Assembly: GCA_050013095.1 (NCBI GenBank)
Contig: JBEKFY010000016.1
Coordinates: 1,145-65,144 of the forward strand
Direction of reading: 5' to 3'
Source of the DNA: Anaerolineales bacterium
GTDB taxonomy: Bacteria; Chloroflexota; Anaerolineae; Anaerolineales; Villigracilaceae
Length of the DNA stretch: 64,000 nt
Translations under genes and position numbers: made by a program
Notes under the pieces: model-generated
What the model saw: the letters and a program-made list of their open reading frames with translations, nothing else
Told to the model about the DNA's origin: nothing
The model's database searches: none
In this document: in pieces, positions 53,744-63,480 of the stretch
Layout of the letters: each line of letters starts with the position of its first letter
Position numbering within the stretch: the stretch's first letter is position 1

Positions 53744-56236
53744 TCACTGCGTGGTGCCGAGGAAGCGCGGGAACCAGTACCAGAGCAGGTCGGCGGCCGG
53801 CTTGCCATGCACCGAGGCGGAGGCATCCTGCAGGATGGCGGGTGGGTAGTAGCCGCGGCTGACAAACCCGCTGATCCAGGGTCGTTCGTTGACCGCCTCG
53901 AGAAGTGCCTGGTAGAGATCCGCCTGCGCGCTCAGGTTGACCGCGGAACCACCCGCGCCGGGGCTCGTGAGCTCGGCGGATGAGAACGAGGTCTGGGCCG
54001 CGCCGTTCGCGGATGGATAGGCTACCGCCAGGATGACCGGCTTCTGCAGGGCAGCCTGGAAGGGTTGAATGTCGCTGTCCAGCAGCTTACCGGCCTGGGC
54101 GTGCAGATCGTCCACGCTTGGCTGGGCCGTGGTGCTCAAGGGGGCGGACCAGAGCAGGTACACCCCGTCCAATTGATTCAGAAAAGCCGGGGCAGTGGCA
54201 AGGCCGCCGGGGTAGGCCAGGGCCCAGAAGAGGCTGCCCTTGTAGCGGCCGCGGACATCCGCCAGGATCGCCGCCCAGCGTGTGTCGGCATCGGAGGGCA
54301 CGCCCGAGTCGCTCCCGTTCGCCAGGTGGCCGCCCGGCAGGGCGGGCGTGAGCCAGTCCCCACCCAGGATCAGGGTCTGGGCACCGGTCTTGGCAGCCAG
54401 GTCGGCATGGTAATCGGCGAAAGCCTGATAGCGATCGAACCAGCTTGCCCACCAGTCGGCGGTGCGCGGTGCAGTGCTCCACCAGTCCGCCGCATTGGCC
54501 GGCAGGGCGGGCTGCGGGAAGAGGGCCACGCTCAGGGTAGCAGACCGGGCGCTGTTGATCATTTGGTTGGTATCCGTCCAGAGCGGGTCATGCCCGGGCA
54601 CAGGGGAGAAGTCGAGCGGCGAAACGGATCGATAGGTCCAGGTGGGCGTCAGCACGAGCCAGTTAGCGCTGAGAGCCTTGATGTTTTGAACCGCCAGAGG
54701 CTCCCACGCCTGCCAGGTGGGATCATAATCGGACTGCAACTCCACCCCGGCAAAAAAACCGGCGGAGCGCACATTCACCTGCAAGCCGACCACGTTGCCG
54801 GGCGATGAATTCCCGAGCCAGGTCCAGTTGTTGATCGTGTCCTGCAGGTCCTGGGGGGTCAGGCTGGTCGATACCGGCCGTCCTGGCTGACTGGCCGCGG
54901 TGGCCTGATCGTCGGCCAGGCCGCACTGGTCATTCCGGCAATAGCGGTATTCAAAACCTCCCAGGATGTTCAGGGGGCTGAAGAGCTTGTATACCCACTG
55001 GTTGTTGCCGCGCGGCCACATTGGAATCGGCTCGGTCCAGCCGTACGGATTGAACTGGATGGAAACGATGTCGGAGACCGGGGTGCTGGAGGGGACACTC
55101 ACCTCGAACAGGATCGGTGCTGAGGGGCCAGCCTGCCAGGTATGGACCATGTCCTGGACCTGGACCGGGTTCTGGGTTGTGGGTACCACCAGCTGGCGCA
55201 GGGTAAAAGTTCCATCCAGCTCGTGTTCGGCGTTCCAGAAACCATCCCCCAGGGTATATTTATAGCGGATATCCGCCCCCTCCGGCAGGGGTATTGTGAG
55301 AGAGTAACGGCCATCCGCCATGGGGGTCAGCATCGGCATGCGCGCGGCGACGGTGCTCAAACCCCCATCCAGATCGCTGAAGGTATTTCCCAGCTGGAGC
55401 AGGTTTCCAGCCAGCCGGATGGGCACCCCCTGAAGCGTGCCCTGTGGGACGATCACGGTAAAGGTGACGTTCACCAGGGTCACAGGGGTCAGTGAGATCT
55501 TGACCGGCGTGAGCCGACCCGCTTCCACCCGGGCGCCCTGCTGGAAGGTCTGATACATCCCATCCAGAGCGTACGCCACCAGGTTGTGAGTGCCGGGCGG
55601 CAGCCCCTCCAGGAAGAAGGTGCCGTTCGAATCGGTGAGGGTCTGTTCGCCTCCCGCCGTGACCAGGATATCGGGAATGCCTCCCCCCGTGGAGGCATCC
55701 AGGGCCTGACCGGTCAGCTGTCCGGTCGAGCCCGAAAACGGGCTGCCGCTCCAGGCTGCGACCACATCCTGCACGGTGGCAGGCCCGCTCACATAGATCA
55801 TGCGATACCGCACCGGATGCCCGGCCGAGTCGACCTCCGGGGTGGGCAGGGCGCCCTGCACGAGATAGCGGTATTTGATCACGCTGTTCAGTGCAAATGG
55901 GATGCTGGCCATGTAGTGCTCGGCATCCTGACTCTGCATCGGATAATTTGTGGGATTCAACCCCAGGCCGGTCACCTCGTCCACGACACTTAAAACCAGG
56001 TTCTCCCCCGCGAGCAGCGGGGCGGGCAGGGTCACCTGGAAAGTGAGCGCAGCCGAAGGCTGGGGGGTGGAGGTCGGCGGCAGGGGGGAGGCCGGTGTGG
56101 AGGTGGGTGGAACGAGACCGGACAGGTTCGTGGGGATATTTAAAAGCGATAAGGTGCAGGCATTGAGCAGCAGGAAGGCAAGGCCTGCCACGGCGAAGGT
56201 TTTTAATCGGAAATGCCGCACAGGAAGATTCTTCAT
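53744..56236 (-). CDS. Large secreted lipoprotein with a CarboxypepD_reg-like domain and a glycosidase-like C-terminal region, hypothetical
   Basis: Start moved to ATG 56236 after GAAGGAGGGGG. Lipobox LLLNAC. CarboxypepD_reg-like segment: GQALDASTGGGIPDILVTAGGEQTLTDSNGTFFLEGLPPGTHNLV. Confidence 0.7.
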   Translation of the reverse strand: MKNLPVRHFRLKTFAVAGLAFLLLNACTLSLLNIPTNLSGLVPPTSTPASPLPPTSTPQPSAALTFQVTLPAPLLAGENLVLSVVDEVTGLGLNPTNYPMQSQDAEHYMASIPFALNSVIKYRYLVQGALPTPEVDSAGHPVRYRMIYVSGPATVQDVVAAWSGSPFSGSTGQLTGQALDASTGGGIPDILVTAGGEQTLTDSNGTFFLEGLPPGTHNLVAYALDGMYQTFQQGARVEAGRLTPVKISLTPVTLVNVTFTVIVPQGTLQGVPIRLAGNLLQLGNTFSDLDGGLSTVAARMPMLTPMADGRYSLTIPLPEGADIRYKYTLGDGFWNAEHELDGTFTLRQLVVPTTQNPVQVQDMVHTWQAGPSAPILFEVSVPSSTPVSDIVSIQFNPYGWTEPIPMWPRGNNQWVYKLFSPLNILGGFEYRYCRNDQCGLADDQATAASQPGRPVSTSLTPQDLQDTINNWTWLGNSSPGNVVGLQVNVRSAGFFAGVELQSDYDPTWQAWEPLAVQNIKALSANWLVLTPTWTYRSVSPLDFSPVPGHDPLWTDTNQMINSARSATLSVALFPQPALPANAADWWSTAPRTADWWASWFDRYQAFADYHADLAAKTGAQTLILGGDWLTPALPGGHLANGSDSGVPSDADTRWAAILADVRGRYKGSLFWALAYPGGLATAPAFLNQLDGVYLLWSAPLSTTAQPSVDDLHAQAGKLLDSDIQPFQAALQKPVILAVAYPSANGAAQTSFSSAELTSPGAGGSAVNLSAQADLYQALLEAVNERPWISGFVSRGYYPPAILQDASASVHGKPAADLLWYWFPRFLGTTQ

Positions 56237-56435
56237 ACCCCCTCCTTCGGTCGAGGGACGCACGAAAAGGATGGCATGGACTTATTGTACAAGCGAATGA
56301 GGCTTATTGGGTAGGGCAAGAAGGAGGTCTTTTGAAAAAAAGCGCACCCCCCGGGTAGGCGGGGTTTGCGGATACACCCGGATGGTCCTGAGGAGGCGCA
56401 ATCATTGGGCGGATTGGAGGGCTTGCAGCGGATAT

Positions 56436-56870
56436 TTATTTTGAGGGCTGCAGAGATTGGGCGATCTCGTTCTGGTGTTCTGCCAGGCTTCCCAGGACCC
56501 CGTTCACGAAGCGGGGGGCACTGTCGGAGCCGTACATTTTGGCCAGTTCGACCGCTTCGTTGATCGCCACCTTGACCGGCGTGCTCTTCTGAACGGCAAA
56601 TTCCCAGGTCGAGATGCGCAGGATATTGCGGTCGATGGCCGCGATCTGATCCAGCGGCCATTCAGGCGCATATTTGGCGATAACCCGGTCCAATTTTTCC
56701 CTCAGCGGAAGGACGCCAAAAACGATCTGGCGGACAAATTCCGCCAGATCGTCACTTAAAACCTCCCCATCCAGGCGTTCCTGCAGGACCTGCCCCGGAA
56801 CATGCTTGACCAGATCAATCTCGAAGAGCACTTGCAGGGCAGTGCCGCGGGCCTTGGTGCGGGCCTTCAT
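56436..56870 (-). CDS. nusB: Transcription antitermination factor NusB
   Basis: RGTALQVLFEIDL ... IDRNILRISTWEF ... TPVKVAINEAVELAKMYG is a typical NusB sequence. Confidence 0.9.
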   Translation of the reverse strand: MKARTKARGTALQVLFEIDLVKHVPGQVLQERLDGEVLSDDLAEFVRQIVFGVLPLREKLDRVIAKYAPEWPLDQIAAIDRNILRISTWEFAVQKSTPVKVAINEAVELAKMYGSDSAPRFVNGVLGSLAEHQNEIAQSLQPSK

Positions 56871-56876
56871 AATAAT

Positions 56877-57221
56877 TCATGCCTCTGTGTGATAGTCAAT
56901 ATCCTCGATGTGGATGTTAACATGGCCTACTTTCAGGCCGGTCATCTCCGCAATGGCACGCGCCACTTGATGCTGGACATTGCGGCTGACCTCACGGATG
57001 TTGACATCCTTATCCAGCACCAGGTAAAGGTCCACGAAGACATCGCTGTCCTCGATCACGATCCGTACCCCTGCATTGCCGCGCCCGAACAGGCTGTTGA
57101 CCCCTCCTCGGACCGGGGCCATGCGGTTCACGCCCTCGACCTCCATGGCCGACATGCGGGCGATGGTCAGCAGCACCTCGGGGGTCAGGGTGGTCTTCCC
57201 TAAAGAATGATACTCGCTCAT
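56877..57221 (-). CDS. Asp23/Gls24-family alkaline shock protein
   Basis: GKTTLTPEVLLTIARMSAMEVEGV ... VARAIAEMTGLKVGHVNIHIEDI. It lies directly upstream of nusB, a common arrangement. Confidence 0.85.
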   Translation of the reverse strand: MSEYHSLGKTTLTPEVLLTIARMSAMEVEGVNRMAPVRGGVNSLFGRGNAGVRIVIEDSDVFVDLYLVLDKDVNIREVSRNVQHQVARAIAEMTGLKVGHVNIHIEDIDYHTEA

Positions 57222-57253
57222 TAAGTCTCCTCGTTGGCCTCGTGCGAATTATA

Positions 57254-57943
57254 TCACCTGAGCCTGCCTACCCATAGAACACCTTCAACCCGCCGGCGCT
57301 TCAAGGCCAGTCCGAGCGCCGACCCACCTGCAAGGTTGATCACCCCGGCCATCAGGAAGGCATCCTCCCAGAAAGGCAGGGGAAAGAGGCGGATCAGCGT
57401 ATCCGAGTCCAGGAAGAGCCAGCTCGTGCCGGTGAAAAAGAGGGAATGGAAGACCGTAAAGAACTCCCAGAAATTGATCCAGGCCAGGATGCCGATCAGG
57501 GCGGTCAGGCCGGCCGTCAGCCAGCCTCCTCGGCGGATCCCGTCCAGATAAGCCTCCCACCAGTCTCCCCACCTCGCCCAGAGCCCCACACCCAGGACGA
57601 CCAACCAGTCCAGATAGCCGGCGATCATGGCCGCCTGGACCACCTTTTTGACATCCTGCATGTGGCTCACCTCACGGGGGTTAAAGAGGGGCGTGCCATC
57701 CGGTAAGGTCAGGTTCGCCAGGGTCTTGACACTCGATCCGGGCTGCAGATAATCCACCGCAATCGCCCCCCAGTGCAGTCGGTCGCTAAGTGTGAAACCG
57801 TAAGCATCCTTGGGGAAACCGGGCAGGTGGTATTCGATCTCCAGGAAGGTGTGGGTCAGGAGCAGCCGCAGCCCCAAAAAGGTGAGTGCAACTGGCAGCA
57901 GAAGGGTGATGAGCCAGGACAGGATGGAATGGACGGTTTTCAT
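57254..57943 (-). CDS. TIGR01906/DUF1461-family integral membrane protein
   Basis: FFTVFHSLFFTGTSWLFLDSDTLIRLFPLPFWEDA matches my memory of the family signature. Four hydrophobic helices. Confidence 0.65.
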   Translation of the reverse strand: MKTVHSILSWLITLLLPVALTFLGLRLLLTHTFLEIEYHLPGFPKDAYGFTLSDRLHWGAIAVDYLQPGSSVKTLANLTLPDGTPLFNPREVSHMQDVKKVVQAAMIAGYLDWLVVLGVGLWARWGDWWEAYLDGIRRGGWLTAGLTALIGILAWINFWEFFTVFHSLFFTGTSWLFLDSDTLIRLFPLPFWEDAFLMAGVINLAGGSALGLALKRRRVEGVLWVGRLR

Positions 57944-57986
57944 TTACTCTCCTAAGAATCAACCGGCTCGGCCGGGCACTCCGGCC

Positions 57987-59537
57987 CTACTTCAGGGTAT
58001 TCATCCCGCCGTTCATGATGAAGTTCAGGATCATGTTGTTCGTGATCCACTCGATGGGGGCCAGATCATCGGTGAAAACCATCGTCTGCGCCGGTGCCGG
58101 CTGGAGGTTTACCAGGGTCAGGGCCATCGAATCGAGCAGCAGCGGGTGGACACCGCCCCTCAGGTAGAGGGCCGACAGATTCGCCTCCAGATCTTGCGAG
58201 GTGGTCGGCTGGAGGGTCGCATACAGCATCGAGTTGAAGGTGTTCGGGATGTCCATCACGTAGATCGATGGGAAGATCGTGCGGATGGTGGTCGCCAGAC
58301 CGTCGATCAGGCGCCGGTCTCCGGGAGCGCGGCCCACATTGATCACCAGGACCCCCTGCGGGTTCAGGTGGTCGGCGACGACCTGGAAGAACTCCCGGGT
58401 GGTCAGGTGCGGCGGAATATAAGGCGGACGATAGGCATCCACACAGATCAGGTCATACTTGTACGGGCTGGTGGTGAGCCCCCAGCGGGCATCCTGGATG
58501 ATGACATTCAGGTTTTTCAGGTCCAACCCGAAATAGGTGCGCCCGACCTGCACGATCTTCGGATCGATCTCAAAGCCGTCGATGGTCACGTTCGGAAAGA
58601 CGGCCGCGGCCTGGCGGGCCGTGGTGCCGGCCGCCAGACCCAGGATGGCGATGCGGCCCACCTGCTCCGGCTGCCGGCCGGGGTAGAAGAACGGCCCGAC
58701 CAGGAATTGCTGCCAGGGTCCGCCGTATTCGAGCGTCCCGGGGTTATATTCCGAATGGATCCCCTGGCCTTCGTTCAGGCGCAGATAGCGCGTCCCGTTG
58801 AACTCGAGCACCTGAATATAGTTATAGGCCGATTCGGTCTCGTAGATCTGCCCGCTGGTATTCTTGATCCCACCGCGCCCGCCAAAAAGAGCGAAGAGCG
58901 CCAGGACCACGACCATCAAGAGATACGGCAGCACCCGTCGCCAGCCTGCACTCCTCCCCAGGCCTATGAGCGCCACGACCAGGAGCACCGCGCTGAACAC
59001 CAGGAAGGTCCGGGTGGTGCCAATGGTCGGGATGAGCAGCAGGGTCGGCAGGAAGGTGCCGAGGAAAGAACCGAGGGTCGAGATGCCGTAGATTGTCCCG
59101 GCCACGTTCCCCGCCCGGGCGCGGTCCTCCAGACTCAGGCGGATGGCGAAGGGTGAGATCATCCCGAACAGGGTCACCGGCACGATGAATAACACCACGA
59201 CCCCCGTGAACGAGCCGGCCAGGAGGCCGATCTGCAGGTTGTCGAAGGCGTTGGCCGCCATGCGCAGCACGGGGTCCGAGACATAGGGCACGACCGCCAG
59301 CGTAAAGGCGCCCCAGGCCAGGATGGCATACATCGTCGCCTCATGAGGCGAGCGGTCCGCCCAACGCCCGCCCAGGAAGTATCCGAGGGTCAGGTAGACC
59401 AGGATCAGCCCGATGATCACCGCCCAGACCGGGTTGCTGGTCCCAAAAATGTTGCCCAAGAGGCGCGCCGCGCCGAATTCGGCGGCCATGGAGGTCATGC
59501 CGGATACGAAGACGGTGAAGTAAAGATATTTGCGCAT
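57987..59537 (-). CDS. Fused polytopic membrane domain + spermidine-synthase-like (aminopropyltransferase fold) protein
   Basis: An N-terminal domain of about 7 TM helices, then IAILGLAAGTTARQ (SAM/dcSAM-type G-rich loop) and DLICVDAY. Confidence 0.8.
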   Translation of the reverse strand: MRKYLYFTVFVSGMTSMAAEFGAARLLGNIFGTSNPVWAVIIGLILVYLTLGYFLGGRWADRSPHEATMYAILAWGAFTLAVVPYVSDPVLRMAANAFDNLQIGLLAGSFTGVVVLFIVPVTLFGMISPFAIRLSLEDRARAGNVAGTIYGISTLGSFLGTFLPTLLLIPTIGTTRTFLVFSAVLLVVALIGLGRSAGWRRVLPYLLMVVVLALFALFGGRGGIKNTSGQIYETESAYNYIQVLEFNGTRYLRLNEGQGIHSEYNPGTLEYGGPWQQFLVGPFFYPGRQPEQVGRIAILGLAAGTTARQAAAVFPNVTIDGFEIDPKIVQVGRTYFGLDLKNLNVIIQDARWGLTTSPYKYDLICVDAYRPPYIPPHLTTREFFQVVADHLNPQGVLVINVGRAPGDRRLIDGLATTIRTIFPSIYVMDIPNTFNSMLYATLQPTTSQDLEANLSALYLRGGVHPLLLDSMALTLVNLQPAPAQTMVFTDDLAPIEWITNNMILNFIMNGGMNTLK

Positions 59538-59776
59538 CAGAGGCTGGTTCGCTTCAACCAGAAGTATTGCTGATTATACCGTCAGGAACACGGTATTCCG
59601 CCTTCTGGTCTTTATCAGAAGGCGGGAATTTTTATTCATTTTCCTCGGGGGGAGATAGCCGCGCGATCCCTGTAAAACCATTATTGTTGAAATCCACCTG
59701 GATAATGACAAAATGTTTTCGGTCCGATTTATTGTGATATTATCACTTGAATCCTGGATTGATAGCGTGAGGTAAC

Positions 59777-61198
59777 ATGCGCCTTCCGATGTTACTGATA
59801 TTCGTGCTCGTTCTCGCAGGCTGTTCCCTGCCCGTGACTTCGGCCCCGCCGGAGCTGCTTCCCACCAACACCAGTCAGCCTACCGCAACCGGATCGAATG
59901 TTCAACCTGGCGCACCTCCCCCGGTCACGAGCCAGCCCGCCACTAGCTTAGCCGAAGGGATCAGTTATGTACCCGGGTCATCGCAGAAGGTCTGCCAGCT
60001 CACGGGTGAGACGGATCGCGAAATGAAACAGCCGACGGCCAGTCAAACCACCAGCCGATACGGGCTGGTCTCAACCGACCTGGGTTACTCGTTCGAGCAC
60101 AATGGAAAACTGTTCTTTCTTTTCGGCGATTCCTTCGCGAGCCCCACATTTAATGGTAAGCCGAACTCGTTCCAGGATCCCCCGCGCAATCCGGATGACA
60201 ACGATGCCATCGGCTTCACCGCGGATACCAGCCTCAACCCGTGCGTCAAGCTCGATTTTGTCACGGACTCAATCGGCGCCTACAAGAACCCGGTGGTGAT
60301 GAATGCCCAGGGCCAGCCGGCGATCACCCTTCGAAATTTCGAGGTCCCGGTCGCCGGGATCAGCGATGGCGGGAAGATGTACGTGATCTTCGCGACGAAC
60401 CACTATGTCTTTCCTTCAGGCCCGAACAAAGGCACCGTGACATTCGGAACCCGTTCGGTCGTGGGGGAATCGGACGACAACGCCAATACCTTCCACTATC
60501 TCTACGATCTCTCCACAGGGCCGAACGCAAGGTTTTTGAACGTCGCCATGGCACGGGGGAGTGACGGTTACCTGTACTTCTGGGGGACCCAGGGCGGGAT
60601 GCTCTACCGGAAAAGCCCGCCGTTCCTGGCCCGGAAACCCATCGGCAGCATGAACAGCTTGAGTGGCATCGAGTATCTGCAGGCGGTCCAACCCGACGGC
60701 ACGCCGGTCTTCGTGCCGAGCGAAAGTCAGGCGACGCCGCTTTTCCACGATTACCTGCCAGATGCCACAAGCACGCCGCAAGTCGCGGACTGCATGGGCG
60801 AGCTGGGTGTCGACTGGAATCCGTACGTCAAACGCTGGGTGATGCTCTACAACTGTCTCAACAACACACCCGCCAATCCGCGCGGGATCTATATGAGGAC
60901 CGCGCGCGAGCCGTGGGGGCCCTGGAGCTCTGCGCAGACCATCTTTAACCCCGTCACGGATGGAGGCTATTGCGTTTTTATCCACCGCGCCGTGACCACG
61001 CAGAATCCCACCCCTTGCGATCAGGTCAGCGATCCCGGCAGGTTGAACATGTCGGGCGGCGAGTATGGGCCGTACTTCATCTCCCGCTTTACCACCGGTA
61101 ACTCGTCCACCGGAATTTCGACCTTTTATTACACCCTCTCCACCTGGAATCCGTATGGCCAGGTCATCATGAAGACCACGGTCCAAGTTTCCCCGTAA
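59777..61198 (+). CDS. Secreted lipoprotein, DUF4185-like (beta-propeller glycosidase-like) protein
   Basis: Lipobox LVLAGC. TDLGYSFEHNGKLFFLFGDS resembles the DUF4185 N-terminal signature (from memory). Confidence 0.6.
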   Translation: MRLPMLLIFVLVLAGCSLPVTSAPPELLPTNTSQPTATGSNVQPGAPPPVTSQPATSLAEGISYVPGSSQKVCQLTGETDREMKQPTASQTTSRYGLVSTDLGYSFEHNGKLFFLFGDSFASPTFNGKPNSFQDPPRNPDDNDAIGFTADTSLNPCVKLDFVTDSIGAYKNPVVMNAQGQPAITLRNFEVPVAGISDGGKMYVIFATNHYVFPSGPNKGTVTFGTRSVVGESDDNANTFHYLYDLSTGPNARFLNVAMARGSDGYLYFWGTQGGMLYRKSPPFLARKPIGSMNSLSGIEYLQAVQPDGTPVFVPSESQATPLFHDYLPDATSTPQVADCMGELGVDWNPYVKRWVMLYNCLNNTPANPRGIYMRTAREPWGPWSSAQTIFNPVTDGGYCVFIHRAVTTQNPTPCDQVSDPGRLNMSGGEYGPYFISRFTTGNSSTGISTFYYTLSTWNPYGQVIMKTTVQVSP

Positions 61199-61624
61199 CC
61201 CCTGTCAGGAAGATCAAATAATAAATAAGGGTACGCACCCCATTCATCCCAAATACAGAGAAAGGGGTGTACCCCTGCGGTTCAAGGCATCAAGCTAATC
61301 GCAAACGAGGCCTGAACACGATGACCGCCACGGACAGCCTGATCTGAAGAATCGACAGGACCTTCGTCCGCAGGGAAAGCACCTGCGTGCCGCCCAGGCC
61401 AAATTGCGTGCTGCTCCTAAATCCCAGAAAAATATAGTCTCAGAAGCGAGGCTGCCAATCCTCCCAGCCAGCCATGGAAGGCATGCGTTGTGGGAAAGCA
61501 AAATCATAGCGCCGTGCAGTGCCATCGCGCCGGGCGCGCGGACCGCCCAGGAGTGCTCTCCTTCGTTCAAATAAAATGTTTGCACTTTTTGTCCGAATTC
61601 ATATCCGACGCGGTGAGACGAGGA

Positions 61625-61653
61625 TTGACACGGATCTGATCCTGGAGTATTAT
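61625..61653 (+). promoter_or_regulatory. Candidate sigma70 promoter of the padR operon
   Basis: TTGACA (61625-61630), 17 nt spacer, TATTAT (61648-61653). A palindrome centred on CGATATATCG lies immediately downstream (61655-61680). Confidence 0.45.
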
Positions 61654-61700
61654 TACGTTTAGCGATATATCGTAAAACGTTGCAACGGGAGATGTAATAT

Positions 61701-62009
61701 ATGGACGCTTTTGAATTTGGTCGTTTCTCAGATCCCGCTTTGTTGATCCTGGCCAGCCTGGCTGGCGGCGAAAAACATGGCTATGCCATGATGGAAGATA
61801 TCGAAGCCATGACCGGCGTTCGACTGGGCCCTGGCACCTTGTATGGGGCTTTGTCCCGCCTTGAACAGTCCGGCTTGATCAAGGCCTTACCGGCTGACGA
61901 ACGCCGGCGTCCCTACCAGCTGACCGCTCAGGGTGCCGCATTCCTGCGCCAGTACCTGGCCAGCCTGGGAAATCTTGTCTCTCTGGGTCTTAAGAGGTTG
62001 GAAGCGTGA
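61701..62009 (+). CDS. PadR-family transcriptional regulator
   Basis: LILASLAGGEKHGYAMMEDIEAMTGVRLGPGTLYGALSRLEQSGLI is a classic PadR wHTH. Confidence 0.85.
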   Translation: MDAFEFGRFSDPALLILASLAGGEKHGYAMMEDIEAMTGVRLGPGTLYGALSRLEQSGLIKALPADERRRPYQLTAQGAAFLRQYLASLGNLVSLGLKRLEA

Positions 62010-62983
62010 TGACGGATAAAGTAAGGCCGTGGTTGATCAGCTTGTACCCGCCTGCCTGGCGGGACCGGTACGCGGCCGAATTCGATGCATTACTCGAGCA
62101 GTGCCTGCGCTCGCCCCTAGATGTGGTGGACGTGTTCCTGGGAGCCATGGATGCGCGTCTGCAGCTCTTGAATGGAGAAAACGTTAATTGGAGGATGATG
62201 AATATGCTCAACAAGCTGCGCACAACCATATTAATCGTTTTTGCCGCGTATATTGGATTTATCATCGCGGGATTCAGCCTAGTAGGGCTGGCAGACGACA
62301 GTCCCATGATCCCGTTGATGAAGACGAATTTTGCCCTGGCGGCCGCCTGGACGACGATCCAGATCGGCGCGGTCGTGGCCCTGCTGGCGGTCGTGATCGG
62401 CGGCTTGCCGCTGGCCCTGACGATCATCCGCCGCGCCCTGGCGGTTGATCGCCGCAATTTGGGCTTGCTCCTGGTGCCCGTATTATCCTTCCTGGCATTG
62501 ATCCTCTACATCGGTTTTGTGTTTTCCGTGGCGACGGGCAGGATTCTGATCCCCGGTGTTGTCCAGGTGGTCCAGCCTGGGAATTTTCCACCCGGAAATC
62601 GTCTGATAATGGAGGGTCTCATGCTGGTCTTTGTCCTGGGGGCCATCGCCAGCACGTTAGCCGTCTGGAAAGCCATTTCCAACACCGATGTCGAGCAGGA
62701 GACATTCCGCGCTGTCGGCCGCCCGCTGACCGTGAAGATCTACATGTTTGCCTATGTGCCGGCAGTGATCACGACGCTTTCCATGCTGGTCATCCTGGTC
62801 GCTACGCTGACCTGGGGTTGGTTGTCCTTTACGGCCCTCCCCCAAGTATTTGCCGGAAACTTCGGTCCCTGGGGGACAAGCACACAAGTCTGGTTCTATG
62901 GTATCGCCGTTTTAATGGGCATTTGCACCCTGGCAGCTTTTTTGGGATTGGCGCGCAGCCGTTCGGCCCGAGCATCGGCTTAA
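62006..62983 (+). CDS. Polytopic membrane protein co-transcribed with padR
   Basis: Its GTG/ATG start overlaps the padR stop. Six or more hydrophobic helices. No domain recognised. Confidence 0.6.
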   Translation: MMTDKVRPWLISLYPPAWRDRYAAEFDALLEQCLRSPLDVVDVFLGAMDARLQLLNGENVNWRMMNMLNKLRTTILIVFAAYIGFIIAGFSLVGLADDSPMIPLMKTNFALAAAWTTIQIGAVVALLAVVIGGLPLALTIIRRALAVDRRNLGLLLVPVLSFLALILYIGFVFSVATGRILIPGVVQVVQPGNFPPGNRLIMEGLMLVFVLGAIASTLAVWKAISNTDVEQETFRAVGRPLTVKIYMFAYVPAVITTLSMLVILVATLTWGWLSFTALPQVFAGNFGPWGTSTQVWFYGIAVLMGICTLAAFLGLARSRSARASA

Positions 62984-63480
62984 ACCTCTACTACCACGAC
63001 AGCCTTTCCTCCCTGTTGTATTCAAAAATCAAGATTGGTTTGCAAGTCTTTGCACGCGCCGATTATTTTTGCCAAAAGAGACGACTGACGAAAAAATCCT
63101 GCGCGTTTTAGCCAGGGTATTCAAGTTCATTGCTCTGGCGCTCCTGACAATCGTCTTGACCTGCGCGGCATGTATCGGCTATCTGGCGGTTGCCAGAAAT
63201 ACGCCGCTCCAGTTGCCATCTCCGAGTTCGTGTACCCAGGGACCCGATCCAACCCTTATTTCCCCAAAATTCTTATTCAGCTCCCCACATCCCTGTCCTT
63301 CGCCTGGATCGCTTCTCCCTCCATATCGGACTTAAGGTACAATCCCTTCAGGGGATTGTGCAACATGTCTGGGGATAAAACTCAACTCATAAAAATAGAA
63401 AACTCAACTCAGATTAAGTTGAGTCAATCATGTTTGTAATGGCTTATCCATCCACATTATAAGACAACAACAATTGAGAC

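Noticed and set aside
57810-59156. A 448-aa plus-strand ORF opposite the spermidine-synthase-like gene.
   Set aside because: Its Arg/Gly/Asp-rich sequence is typical of antisense frames in high-GC DNA. The minus-strand product has coherent TM helices and a methyltransferase-fold motif.
63069-63439. Short ORFs (88, 89 and 62 aa) between the PadR-operon membrane gene and mscS.
   Set aside because: They use non-ATG or weak starts, overlap in several frames and are proline/serine-rich. The region also contains hairpins (ACAATCCC/GGGATTGT; ACTCAACT/AGTTGAGT) consistent with terminators. It is treated as intergenic.
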